Shown: positions 9,794 through 19,282 of the stretch, in pieces
Position numbering within the stretch: position 1 is the stretch's first letter
Layout of the letters: each line of letters opens with the position of its first letter
Assembly (NCBI GenBank): GCA_964565875.1
Contig: CAZMGP010000016.1
Coordinates: forward strand, 12,269-76,268
Direction: 5' to 3'
From: an uncultured Enterobacteriaceae bacterium
GTDB taxonomy: Bacteria > Pseudomonadota > Gammaproteobacteria > Burkholderiales > SG8-39
Length of the DNA: 64,000 nt
Position numbers and translations under genes: made by a program
Notes under the pieces: model-generated
The model's database searches: none
Told to the model about the DNA's origin: nothing
The model's input: only the letters and a program-made list of their open reading frames with translations

Positions 9794-10648
9794 ATGAGCG
9801 AGAAGCCCGCAATCAGCCACGCCAGCCGCGCGCCGACCTTCGCCGTCGAGGCGGTGAACGAGCGCGGCGAAATGGTGCCGACCGCGATCGCCGGCGAACA
9901 CCCGTTGACGCTGTACGTCGACAAGCGCGAGATCGTCACGCTGATGACGCTCGGCCAGGCGCCCGAAGCGCTCGCCGTCGGCTATTTGCGCAATCAGCGC
10001 CTGGTCGAGTCGGTGGCGGAGATCGCATCCGTTCAGGTCGACTGGGAGGCCGATGCCGTCGCGGTAAGCACGCGCCGCCAGGCGAAAGGCGCCGACCAGC
10101 GCCTGCGCGAAAAGATGAAGAAGCGCACTGTCACTACCGGCTGCGGCCAGGGCACGGTGTTCGGCGATCTGATGGAGGAGATCGACCGCGTGCAACTGCG
10201 CGACGACGTGAGCCTGGACGAAGCAACGCTGTACGCGCTCTTGGAGGAGGTGCGCCGCCACGAGACCGTGTACAAGACCGCGGGCGCGGTGCACGGCTGT
10301 GCGCTCGCGACCAACGAGGCGGGGGCGAGCCGCATCCTCAGCTTCGTCGAAGACGTCGGGCGGCATAACGCCGTCGACACCATCGCCGGCCAGATGTGGC
10401 TGGAGGACATCGACGGCTCGGACAAGATCTTCTACACCACCGGTCGCCTGACTTCGGAAATGGTGATCAAGGCGGCGCAAATGCAGATCCCGTTTCTGGT
10501 ATCGCGCTCAGGCCTCACCCAGATGGGCTACGAAATAGCCGCCAAGATCGGCATCACCATGCTCGGCCGCACCACGGGCAGACACTATCTGCTGTTCACC
10601 GGGGGCCACCGCTTCAAGCGGCAGCTCGCGCCGACGATGCTCGCCTAG
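9794..10648 (+). CDS. fdhD: Formate dehydrogenase accessory sulfurtransferase
   Basis: 284 aa with typical FdhD length and sequence (EHPLTLYVD, TGCGQG, SRSGLTQMG). Confidence 0.88.
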   Translation: MSEKPAISHASRAPTFAVEAVNERGEMVPTAIAGEHPLTLYVDKREIVTLMTLGQAPEALAVGYLRNQRLVESVAEIASVQVDWEADAVAVSTRRQAKGADQRLREKMKKRTVTTGCGQGTVFGDLMEEIDRVQLRDDVSLDEATLYALLEEVRRHETVYKTAGAVHGCALATNEAGASRILSFVEDVGRHNAVDTIAGQMWLEDIDGSDKIFYTTGRLTSEMVIKAAQMQIPFLVSRSGLTQMGYEIAAKIGITMLGRTTGRHYLLFTGGHRFKRQLAPTMLA

Positions 10649-10665
10649 TGGATGCAGCGCGCAGA

Positions 10666-11277
10666 ATGAAGAACGTCACCGGCCTGATCCTCGCTGGCGG
10701 CCAGGGCAGGCGCATGGGCGGCGTGGACAAGGGGCTGCAGGCGTTTCGCGGCAGGCGCCTCGTCGAGCACGTGTACGAGCGCCTCGCGCCCCAGGTCGGC
10801 GGCATCATCATCAACGCCAACCAGAACCAGGACGCGTACCGCACGCTCGGCGTGCGCGTCGTCGGCGACGCCATCGGCGGCTTTGCCGGCCCGCTCGCCG
10901 GCCTGCACGCGGGGCTGTCGATCGCGCGCCGGCCGTATGTCGTTTGCGTGCCCTGCGATTCGCCCTTGCTGCCCGAGGACTTGGTCGAGCGCCTGTACGC
11001 GGGGATCGAGGCTGCCGCGGCCGACATCGCGGTGCCGAAGACGGGCAAGTGGCAGCAGCCGGTGTTCTGCCTGGTGCGTGCGGGCGTGCTGCCGCATCTC
11101 AGCGACTATCTCAGGGGCGGCGGGCGCAAGGTCGACGCCTGGTACGCGACGCTGCGCGTCGCCGAGGTCGCCTTCGACGACGAGGCCGAGGCGTTTTCGA
11201 ACATCAATACCAGCGAAGAATTGAAAGCACTAGAATCGGCAGCGGAAGAGCGTGAAGCCTCCCCGCCCTCGCCCTGA
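10666..11277 (+). CDS. mobA: Molybdenum cofactor guanylyltransferase
   Basis: Internal ATG at 10666 of ORF 10396..11277. MKNVTGLILAGGQGRRMGGVDKGL is the canonical MobA N-terminus. Confidence 0.88.
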   Translation: MKNVTGLILAGGQGRRMGGVDKGLQAFRGRRLVEHVYERLAPQVGGIIINANQNQDAYRTLGVRVVGDAIGGFAGPLAGLHAGLSIARRPYVVCVPCDSPLLPEDLVERLYAGIEAAAADIAVPKTGKWQQPVFCLVRAGVLPHLSDYLRGGGRKVDAWYATLRVAEVAFDDEAEAFSNINTSEELKALESAAEEREASPPSP

Positions 11278-11318
11278 TTTCCGCCGCGGCCGATAGCAAG
11301 CAAGCGCCTAGACAGATC

Positions 11319-12584
11319 ATGACCAGCCTGAAACACATCACCAGCTGCATGGACGACTACGACCCGAATGCGCTCGCCGTGGACCAGGCGCGCGCGGTTA
11401 TCCGCGCACTTCTCACGCCGGTCGCCGCGAGCGAGCGCGTCGCCGTGCGCAGCGCCCTCGGCCGCGTGCTGGCCGAGGACATCGTCTCGACCATCGACGT
11501 ACCGGCCCACGACAACTCGGCCATGGACGGCTATGCCCTGGCGCATGCCGATCTGAAGCCCGAGGGCGACACCGTCCTGCGCCTGGCGGGCAGCGCCTTT
11601 GCCGGCCAGCAGTTCGCAGGCAAGCTCGGCGCAGGCGAATGCGTGCGCATCATGACCGGCGCGGTGATGCCGGCGGGCGCAGACACCGTGGTGATCCAGG
11701 AGATCGTGCAAGCCGAAGGCGAGCGGATTACCATCCCTGCCGGGCAGAAACGCGGCCAGAACCGGCGGCTCGCGGGAGAGGATCTCGCCCGCGGCAAGCC
11801 CGTGCTCGAAGCCGGCGCGCCGATCCGACCGGCCGAGCTGGGGCTACTCGCCTCACTCGGGCTCGCCGAGGTGACGGTGCGGCGGCGCCTGCGCGTGGCG
11901 TTCTTTTCCACCGGCGACGAACTCACCCAGGTCGGCACGCCGCTCGCGCCGGGCGCGGTGTACGACAGCAACCGCTACACCCTGTACGGCATGCTCTCGC
12001 GCCTCAACTTCGAATTGATCGACATGGGCGTGGTGCGCGACGACAAGGCGAGCCTGGAGCGCGCGCTGCGGACCGCGGCGGCCGACGCCGACGCGATCAT
12101 CACCTCGGGCGGCGTCTCGGTGGGCGAAGCCGACTTCATTCGCGAGCTGCTGTCGCGACTGGGCGAAGTGGTGTTCTGGAAAATCGCGATGAAGCCGGGG
12201 CGACCGATGGCCTTCGGCAAGCTCGGCGCGGCGCATTTCTTCGGCCTGCCGGGCAATCCGGTGGCGGTGATGGTGACCTTCTATCAGTTCGTGCGCGAGG
12301 CCCTGCTCGCGCTCTCGGGCCGCAGCGGCGACTGCGCCCTGCCGCTATTGCGCGTGCCTTGCAGCGCGGGAATCAAGAAGCAGCCGGGCCGCACCGAATT
12401 CCAGCGCGGCCTGCTCGCGCGCGATGCGCGCGGCGAATGGAGCGTGTGCCCGACCGGTGCGCAGGGCTCGGGCGTGCTGCGCTCGATGTCGGCGGCGAAC
12501 TGCTTCATCGTGCTCGAGCATGAACGCGCCTCGGTCAGGCCGGGCGATATGGTGCAGGTGCAGTTGTTCGAAGGCGTCGTCTAG
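11319..12584 (+). CDS. moeA: Molybdopterin molybdotransferase
   Basis: 421 aa with MoeA/gephyrin E-domain features (NSAMDGYA, TGDEL, SGGVSVGEADF). Confidence 0.92.
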   Translation: MTSLKHITSCMDDYDPNALAVDQARAVIRALLTPVAASERVAVRSALGRVLAEDIVSTIDVPAHDNSAMDGYALAHADLKPEGDTVLRLAGSAFAGQQFAGKLGAGECVRIMTGAVMPAGADTVVIQEIVQAEGERITIPAGQKRGQNRRLAGEDLARGKPVLEAGAPIRPAELGLLASLGLAEVTVRRRLRVAFFSTGDELTQVGTPLAPGAVYDSNRYTLYGMLSRLNFELIDMGVVRDDKASLERALRTAAADADAIITSGGVSVGEADFIRELLSRLGEVVFWKIAMKPGRPMAFGKLGAAHFFGLPGNPVAVMVTFYQFVREALLALSGRSGDCALPLLRVPCSAGIKKQPGRTEFQRGLLARDARGEWSVCPTGAQGSGVLRSMSAANCFIVLEHERASVRPGDMVQVQLFEGVV

Positions 12585-12594
12585 TCTGCGGACG

Positions 12595-12863
12595 AGGGTC
12601 TGTTCACATTTACCGCATGAAGCACGTTGCCGCCAAATGCGGATGACTGCAAGGCGCGCGACGCAGCCAAGGGTAACTCCCTTGGCAAGGAGCGCAACGC
12701 CGCAGGCGCCGCATTTGGCGGCAACCCACAGGGACGGGGCAATTTGGGCGCATCGCTGCGTTGCTCGTCGCTCATTTGGAATGACCAAACCGCGCTCCTC
12801 GCGCCTTGCGCCGCATCCCAAATTGTCCCCGTCGAGCTCATGTGCTAAATGTGAACAGACCCT
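12595..12863. repeat. 269-bp nested inverted-repeat element (MITE-like or structured RNA) between convergent moeA and rmuC
   Basis: Perfect 18-bp terminal inverted repeats: AGGGTCTGTTCACATTTA (12595-12612) and its reverse complement (12846-12863). Inner 14-bp perfect IR 12629-12642/12709-12722 encloses an 8-bp hairpin 12666-12686. A second 16/17-bp IR lies at 12733-12748/12817-12833. Confidence 0.6.
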
Positions 12864-14121
12864 AAGGCTTGCGCTCGTCGGCGAGCCGCACCACGCTGGC
12901 GGCGCCCGGGGTCTCTTCGATCTCCGCGGCCTCGATGCGCTGGAACTGCTGGCTGATCTTGCCGCCAGTGACCTGAATCCGCTCCACGTCCTCGTTCGCC
13001 TGGCGGATGTGGTCGGCGAGCTTCTTCATGCGCTCATCGAACCTTCCGAACTCGACCGCCAGGCGCGCCAGCGCGTCCTTGATCAGGTGCACCTGCTTGC
13101 GCGTCTCGACGTCTTTCAGCACCGCGCGCGCCGTGTTCAACACCGCCATCAGCGTCGTCGGCGAAACGATCCATACCCGGCGCGCGTTGGCGTATTCGAC
13201 CACTTCGGCGTGGTAGGCGTGGATTTCGGCGAACACCGCCTCCGCCGGAACGAACATCACCGCGCCGTCCGAGGTCTCGTTGGCGATGATGTATTTCGCC
13301 GCGATGGCGTCGACGTGGCGCTTGACGTCGGCGCGGAAGGCCTTCTGCGCTAAGTTCCTATCTACCTCGTTCGCGTCCGCGGCGAACATACGGTGGTAGT
13401 TCTCCAAGGGGAACTTCGAGTCCACTGCCACCATGCCGGTCGGCTCGGGCAGCATCAGCACGCAGTCGGCGCGCGCGTTGTTCGACAGCGTGTACTGCAG
13501 CGCGTAGGAGCCGGGCGGCAGCATGTTGCGCACCAGGGCCTCGAGCTGCACTTCGCCGAAGGCGCCGCGCGAGCGTTTGTCGCCGAGCAGCTCCTGCAGG
13601 CTCACCACGCTGCCGCTCAAGCTGTCGATCTTCTTCTGCGCCTCGTCGATGGTCGCCAGCCGCTGCATCACGTTGACGAAGGTTTCGTTGGTCTTCTTGA
13701 AGCCTTCGTCCAGGCGCTCGTTCACGCGGCCGGCGATGTGGTCCAGGCGCTGGTCGATCTTCGCGCCCAACTGTTCGGTAGTCGCGGCGAGTTGCGTCAC
13801 CATCGCCTCGCGGCTCTGGCCGAGGTTCTCTGCGAGCGACAGCTTGAGCGCATGCACTGAATCGCGCGTCTGCCTGAGTTCGTCGGCAACTACGCCGCGC
13901 AAACGCTCGGCGGCGTCGGTCTGCGCCTGCGCGATACGGTCACCTTGGCGCGCGAGGCCCTCGTGAAGGTCGCCGAGCATTTGCCGATGCTTCTCCTCCA
14001 GCCCTTGCGCGATCGCCTGCGGCAAGGCGTCGACGGCGCGGCCGATGCCGGAAAGCCGCCAGGCGAGCCAGGCGGCGATGGCGACGAGCAGGATGCAGAC
14101 GATGAGCACGATTTCGAGCAT
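12862..14121 (-). CDS. rmuC: DNA recombination protein RmuC
   Basis: 419 aa with N-terminal TM helix, long coiled-coil and C-terminal RmuC-type domain. Confidence 0.88.
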   Translation of the reverse strand: MLEIVLIVCILLVAIAAWLAWRLSGIGRAVDALPQAIAQGLEEKHRQMLGDLHEGLARQGDRIAQAQTDAAERLRGVVADELRQTRDSVHALKLSLAENLGQSREAMVTQLAATTEQLGAKIDQRLDHIAGRVNERLDEGFKKTNETFVNVMQRLATIDEAQKKIDSLSGSVVSLQELLGDKRSRGAFGEVQLEALVRNMLPPGSYALQYTLSNNARADCVLMLPEPTGMVAVDSKFPLENYHRMFAADANEVDRNLAQKAFRADVKRHVDAIAAKYIIANETSDGAVMFVPAEAVFAEIHAYHAEVVEYANARRVWIVSPTTLMAVLNTARAVLKDVETRKQVHLIKDALARLAVEFGRFDERMKKLADHIRQANEDVERIQVTGGKISQQFQRIEAAEIEETPGAASVVRLADERKP

Positions 14122-14290
14122 GCGCGCAGTATAGCCGATCGATTCGGGCGCGAACGCGGCTGCGGCGCAGGCGGGCGCCTGGCGCGCGGCGAGTTCGGCG
14201 CGATTCGTCTCTATCGCCGTTGACGGTTGTCAAACGGCCCTTTGCCCCGCTCACTATGATGGATAAAGAGCCGAAATCGATCCTTAGGAA

Positions 14291-15478
14291 ATGACCGTGT
14301 CGCCCGCCCGCGTCCTGCTCGTCTTAGCGATGCTCGCCGCTGCGGCGGTGCGCGCCGACGAGCAACCCGGGGTGGTGAAAGTCGGCGCGATCCTCAGCCT
14401 CTCCGGTGTTGCTGCCGCCATCGGCGACGCGCAGCTGAAGACCCTGCAGCTCTATGTAGAGCGCACGAATGCGCAAGGCGGCGTGCTCACGCGCAAGCTC
14501 GTGTTGCAGCATTTCGACGATGCGAGCGATGCGCGTACTGCAAGCGATTTCGCCCGCAAGCTGTCCGAGCGCGACCACACGAGCCCCGACCACGCCGACT
14601 TCGTCATCGGCGGCAGCACGAGCGAGACGAGCCTCGCCATCGCCACCGTGCTCGCGCGCTCCGGCGTACCCTTCCTCGCCCTGGGCAGCGCCAGCCGCAT
14701 CATCGATCCGCCGCGCCGTTGGATATTCAAGACGCCGCCGACCGAGCGCACCGAGATCCGCACCATTCTCTCCGACATGAAGAAGCGCGGCTATACGCGC
14801 ATCGGCCTGCTCACCGAAGAAAATGAATTCGGCCGGGAGTGCGCGAAGGAATTACGCGACCAGACCGGCCGCAACAGCCTCGGGCGCAGGACCTACGGTG
14901 TCTCGCTCGAGTCCGACCAGAGTTTTGGCGGCAACGACGAAGAACTCGCGCAGGCGATCGCCCGCGTAAAGGGCACGGCCGGTATGCAGGCGCTGGTCGT
15001 GCTCGGTCTAGGCGAGCGGCCCGCGCTGGCGACCAAGCGCATCCGCGCGGAAGGCATCGCGCTTCCCATCTATCAGGCCCACGGCGTGGTCACGGAAGAC
15101 TTCCTGCGCGTGGCGGGCAAGGACGCCGAAGGCGTCCTCGCGGCCGGCCCCGCTCTCGCCGTGGTGGATCAGTTGCCGGATGCCGATCCGCAGAAGGCGG
15201 TGATCAAGGCCTATGTGGCGAATTATCGCGAACGCTACGGCGCGGCCCCGAGCGAATTCGGCGCCTATGCCTACGATGCCCTGATGCTCGCGATTGCGGC
15301 AATCGGGCGCGTGGACACCCTGAACTACGACGAAGTTCGGCGCAGTTTCGATCTCACCCGCAACCACGTGGGCGTGACCGGCATCTACGAAGAGAGCCCC
15401 GGCAACGTATTCAGTCTCGGCGCGAAGACGCTGCGCATGCTGCATGTCAAAGACGGCGCCTGGCGCCTCGCAGATTGA
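14291..15478 (+). CDS. Periplasmic substrate-binding protein (type I, Leu/Ile/Val-binding-like), orphan
   Basis: 395 aa, signal peptide, VKVGAILSLSGVAAAIG motif typical of the LivK-like family. Confidence 0.78.
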   Translation: MTVSPARVLLVLAMLAAAAVRADEQPGVVKVGAILSLSGVAAAIGDAQLKTLQLYVERTNAQGGVLTRKLVLQHFDDASDARTASDFARKLSERDHTSPDHADFVIGGSTSETSLAIATVLARSGVPFLALGSASRIIDPPRRWIFKTPPTERTEIRTILSDMKKRGYTRIGLLTEENEFGRECAKELRDQTGRNSLGRRTYGVSLESDQSFGGNDEELAQAIARVKGTAGMQALVVLGLGERPALATKRIRAEGIALPIYQAHGVVTEDFLRVAGKDAEGVLAAGPALAVVDQLPDADPQKAVIKAYVANYRERYGAAPSEFGAYAYDALMLAIAAIGRVDTLNYDEVRRSFDLTRNHVGVTGIYEESPGNVFSLGAKTLRMLHVKDGAWRLAD

Positions 15479-15486
15479 GCGAGCGC

Positions 15487-17979
15487 CTAGTTCGCCTCGC
15501 GCAGCGCAGCCATCGGCGGATGGTTGAGCGCGGCGCGCGCGCCCAGCCACGCATTGAGCGCCACGCAGACTAGGCCGGCCGCCGGCCCGACGATCCAGAT
15601 CGCGGCGTTGAACTGCCACGGAAGCTGGAAAACGCGATCGGTCAGAACATAGCCGATCGCCGTCGCGCCGCCCGCGGCGAGCACGCCGGCGGTGAACCCA
15701 AGAGCGAGGAACTCTGCCCGCTGCGCGCCGGCCACCCGCGCGCGGCTTGCGCCCAGCGCCCGCATCAGGGCGGCTTCCTGCACGCGCTCGTCCTGCGTTG
15801 AAAGCAGCGCCGCGTACAGCACCAGCACTCCGGCAACGAGCGCGAACACGAACACGAACTCTACCGCGCGGATCACCCGGTCCATGACGCCATTCACTTG
15901 GCGCATGACCGCGCCGACGTCAATCACGGTGAAATTCGGAAACTCACGCGTCAGTTCGTTCGCGAATTTCGCGCCGCCTTCGGCGAGCCGGAAGCTCGTC
16001 ATGTAGCTCACCGGGAACCCCGCCAGCGCCTTGGGCGTGGTGATGAAGAAGAAGTTCGGCCGCATCGACTCCCAATCGAGCTTGCGCACGCTGGTCACCG
16101 GCAGCGAGACGCTCGCGCCGCCGCCGGCGAAAGTCAGCGTGTCGCCGAGCTTGATGTCCAGGCGCTCGGCGATCCAGGTCTCGACCGAAACCGCGCCCTG
16201 GGGTAAGTCCTCCGGCGCGAACCAGCGTCCGTCCGTCACCTGATTCCCGGCGGGCAGGGTCTGCATATAGGAGAGGTTGAATTCGCGGTCGATCTGGCGC
16301 CGCGCGCGCTCGTCGCTGTAGTCCGCAGCGGAAACCGCGCGGCCGTTGATCGCCGTGAGCCGTGCCCGCACCATGGGGAAGGTCGTGGCGCCGTCCACGC
16401 CGCGCGCATCCAGAAAGTCCGCGAGCGAGCGCACCTGGTCCGGCTGAATGTTGATGATGAAGCGGTTGGGCGCATCCTGCGGCAGTTTGGTGCGCCAGGA
16501 CTCGAGCAGGTCGCCGCGGATGAAGGTGAGCAGTAGCAGCACGGTCAGCCCGAGCGCGAGGGCAACGATCTGCACTGCGTTCGCGCGGCTGCGCCGGCGC
16601 AGGTTGGCGAGGCCATAGCGCCAGCTGAGGCTGCCGCCGCGGCCGAGGCGGGCGAGCAGGCGCAGCGCGGCGAGTCCGACGAACCAGAACACGGCGAACG
16701 CCGCCGTGAAGCCGGCCGCGACGATGCCTCCGAGGCGCAGTTCCCCCGCCTGCCACACGAGCAGCGCTGCGAGCGCGCCCAAGCCGAGGGCATAGAGCGC
16801 GAGCGCGCTTTGCGCCGGCGGCCCCACCTCGCGGCGGATGACGCGCACGGCAGGTACGTTCTGCAACTGCAGGAGCGGCGGCAGCGCGAAGCCGAGGAGC
16901 AGCAGCATGCCCGCGGCATAGCCCTGCGCCAGCGGATACAGACCCGGCGGCGGCAGGGAGGAGGAGACGAAGTCGGCGAGCCAGCGCGCGATCACCGCCT
17001 GGCCGGCATAGCCGAGAATGCAACCGATCGAACTCGCCATCAGTCCGAGCGCCGCGAACTCCCAGCCGAACAGGGCGAACAGCCGCGACTGGCGCGCGCC
17101 CAGGCAGCGCATCACCGCATAGCCGTCCAGATGGCGCTCGCTGTAGCGGCGGGTGGAGAGCGCGATCGCCACGGCGGCGAGCACGACGCCGAGCATTGCC
17201 GACAGGCCGAGGAACTGCTGCGCCCGATCGAGCCCCGCACGCACTTCCGGACGCGCATTGCCCAGGGACTCGATGCGCTGTCCCGGACCGAGCCGCGCCT
17301 TGGCCCAGGCCGCGTAGGCGTCGGTTGCGCTGCGCTCGCCCGCGACGTAGAGCTGATAGCTCGCGCGGCTGCCCTGCCGGATCAGGCCGGTCGCCGCGAG
17401 TTCGTCGGCGCGCAGCAGCAGTCGCGGCGCAATGTTGAAGAAGCTCACCCCGCGGTCGGGTTCCAGGGTCAGCACCGCGGCGACGCGAAAACGCGAATTG
17501 CCGAGCTCGATGCTCTGCCCGACATCGGCGCCGAGTGCGCCCGCCAGGCGCTCGTCCACCCAGACCGTGCCCGGCTGCGGCAGAGAATCGGTCTCGGCGT
17601 CTTCGGCATTGAGCCGCGGTGCGATGCGCAGTTTGCCGCGCAGGGGATAGCCTGCGCTCACCGCCTTGATCGCGGCGAGTTGCGTCGCCTCCCCCGCGCG
17701 TACCATGCTGATGAAAGTGACGCCGTCCACCCGGGCGAGGCCGCGCTGCGCCGCCTCATCGACAATAGCCCGATCGAAAGCATGATCGGAGACGAGCAGC
17801 ACGTCCGCCCCGATCAGCTGCTGCGCTTCGCGCGTCAAGGACTGCCACACGCGGTCGGCAAAGAAGCCGACGCTGCTGATGCTCGCCACGGCGACGACGA
17901 GGGCAAGCGCGAGCACGCGCAGCTCCCCCGCACGCCAGTCGCGCGCAAGCATGGCAAGCGGCAGCGGCGGGCTCTTCAT
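15487..17979 (-). CDS. FtsX-family ABC transporter permease (YbbP-like)
   Basis: Preferred ATG at 17979 overlaps the upstream ATPase stop (ATGA). About 830 aa with duplicated FtsX-type permease halves. Confidence 0.85.
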   Translation of the reverse strand: MKSPPLPLAMLARDWRAGELRVLALALVVAVASISSVGFFADRVWQSLTREAQQLIGADVLLVSDHAFDRAIVDEAAQRGLARVDGVTFISMVRAGEATQLAAIKAVSAGYPLRGKLRIAPRLNAEDAETDSLPQPGTVWVDERLAGALGADVGQSIELGNSRFRVAAVLTLEPDRGVSFFNIAPRLLLRADELAATGLIRQGSRASYQLYVAGERSATDAYAAWAKARLGPGQRIESLGNARPEVRAGLDRAQQFLGLSAMLGVVLAAVAIALSTRRYSERHLDGYAVMRCLGARQSRLFALFGWEFAALGLMASSIGCILGYAGQAVIARWLADFVSSSLPPPGLYPLAQGYAAGMLLLLGFALPPLLQLQNVPAVRVIRREVGPPAQSALALYALGLGALAALLVWQAGELRLGGIVAAGFTAAFAVFWFVGLAALRLLARLGRGGSLSWRYGLANLRRRSRANAVQIVALALGLTVLLLLTFIRGDLLESWRTKLPQDAPNRFIINIQPDQVRSLADFLDARGVDGATTFPMVRARLTAINGRAVSAADYSDERARRQIDREFNLSYMQTLPAGNQVTDGRWFAPEDLPQGAVSVETWIAERLDIKLGDTLTFAGGGASVSLPVTSVRKLDWESMRPNFFFITTPKALAGFPVSYMTSFRLAEGGAKFANELTREFPNFTVIDVGAVMRQVNGVMDRVIRAVEFVFVFALVAGVLVLYAALLSTQDERVQEAALMRALGASRARVAGAQRAEFLALGFTAGVLAAGGATAIGYVLTDRVFQLPWQFNAAIWIVGPAAGLVCVALNAWLGARAALNHPPMAALREAN

Positions 17980-18665
17980 CAGCCAGAAATGCGCCCGGCC
18001 ACCAGGCGCACCTGTCGCTCGCAACGGCGCGCGATGGCGTCGTCGTGGGTCACCAGCACGAGCGTGGTGCCGGCCTCGGCGTTGAGCGCGAACATCAGAT
18101 CGATGACGGCGGCGCCGGTTGCCGCGTCCAGATTGCCGGTGGGCTCGTCGGCGAGCAGCAGCTTCGGCTGCATGACGAAGGCACGGGCGAGCGCCACGCG
18201 TTGCTGTTCGCCGCCGGAAAGATGCTTGGGATAGTGCGCGAGACGCTCGGCCAGCCCGACGCGCTCGAGCATGGCGGCGGCGAGCTGCGCCGCATCCGCC
18301 GCGCCTGCGAGTTCGAGCGGCAGCATCACGTTTTCCAGGGCGTTCAAGGCGGGCAGCAGCTGAAACGACTGGAACACGAAACCGAGCAGCCGAGCGCGCA
18401 GCGCCGCGCGGCCGTCTTCATCCAGCGCGAACAGATCGATGCCGTCCAGGTGCACGCTGCCTGCGCTCGGCGTATCCAGCCCCGCGAGCAGCCCGAGCAG
18501 CGTCGACTTGCCCGAGCCCGAGGCGCCGACGATGGCGACCGCCTCGCCCTTGGTCACATCGAGCTCGATCTCATGCAAAATAGTCAACTGGCTCGCGCCG
18601 TTCGGCACCACTTTGGACAGGCCGGCCGCCGTTACCATCACCGCATTCTCTATGGGTCGGTTCAT
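17979..18665 (-). CDS. ABC transporter ATP-binding protein (YbbA-like)
   Basis: 228 aa with Walker A GASGSGKST, signature LSGGEQQR and Walker B LLLADEPT. Confidence 0.9.
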   Translation of the reverse strand: MNRPIENAVMVTAAGLSKVVPNGASQLTILHEIELDVTKGEAVAIVGASGSGKSTLLGLLAGLDTPSAGSVHLDGIDLFALDEDGRAALRARLLGFVFQSFQLLPALNALENVMLPLELAGAADAAQLAAAMLERVGLAERLAHYPKHLSGGEQQRVALARAFVMQPKLLLADEPTGNLDAATGAAVIDLMFALNAEAGTTLVLVTHDDAIARRCERQVRLVAGRISG

Positions 18666-19272
18666 GCTGTTGCGACTGTTGTTGGGCTGCCTGCTGTTGC
18701 TGCCGCTCTCAGGCCGGGCCGAGGGCAGGATCCTCGTCTATGGCGACAGCCTGTCCGCCGCCTACGGCTTGAGCGAAGACGCCGGATGGCCCGCCTTGTT
18801 GCAGGCGCGGCTGCGGCAGAAAAAGATAAATTATACCGTGGTGAACGCGAGCATCAGCGGCGAGACCACGAGCGGCGGCGCAGCGCGCATCGCCGATGCG
18901 CTCGCTAAGGCGCGACGGCCGCAGGTGGTGATCCTCGAACTGGGCGCAAACGACGGCCTGCGCGGGCTGCCGCCGGCGCAGATGCGCGCGAATCTCGCGA
19001 CCATCATCGATGCCTGCAAGAAGGAAGGAGCGCGCGTGTTGCTCGTCGGCATGCGCATGCCGCCCAATTACGGCGAGGCGTACACGCGCGAGTTCGCCGA
19101 GGTCTATGCGAGCCTCGCACGCGAGCGCAAGATAGCCTTGATCCCGTTCCTGCTCGCCGCGCTAGACGATCGGCGCGAGCTGTTCCAGGCCGACGACCTG
19201 CATCCTACGGCTGCCGCGCAGCCTATCCTCCTCGACACCATCTGGAAGGGGCTCGCGCCCCTATTGAAATAG
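18652..19272 (+). CDS. GDSL/SGNH arylesterase / lysophospholipase L1 (TesA-like)
   Basis: Signal peptide then ILVYGDSLSAAYG (GDSL block), GANDG and DDLHP blocks. Divergent from the ybbA-like gene as in the classic tesA-ybbA-ybbP arrangement. Start may be 18652 or 18664. Confidence 0.85.
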   Translation: MGRFMLLRLLLGCLLLLPLSGRAEGRILVYGDSLSAAYGLSEDAGWPALLQARLRQKKINYTVVNASISGETTSGGAARIADALAKARRPQVVILELGANDGLRGLPPAQMRANLATIIDACKKEGARVLLVGMRMPPNYGEAYTREFAEVYASLARERKIALIPFLLAALDDRRELFQADDLHPTAAAQPILLDTIWKGLAPLLK

Positions 19273-19282
19273 GGCCACAGAC

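Noticed and set aside
12627-12848. 73-aa plus-strand and 86-aa minus-strand ORFs inside the inverted-repeat element
   Set aside because: They sit entirely within nested palindromes, so both strands stay open by symmetry. There is no SD and no recognisable protein features.
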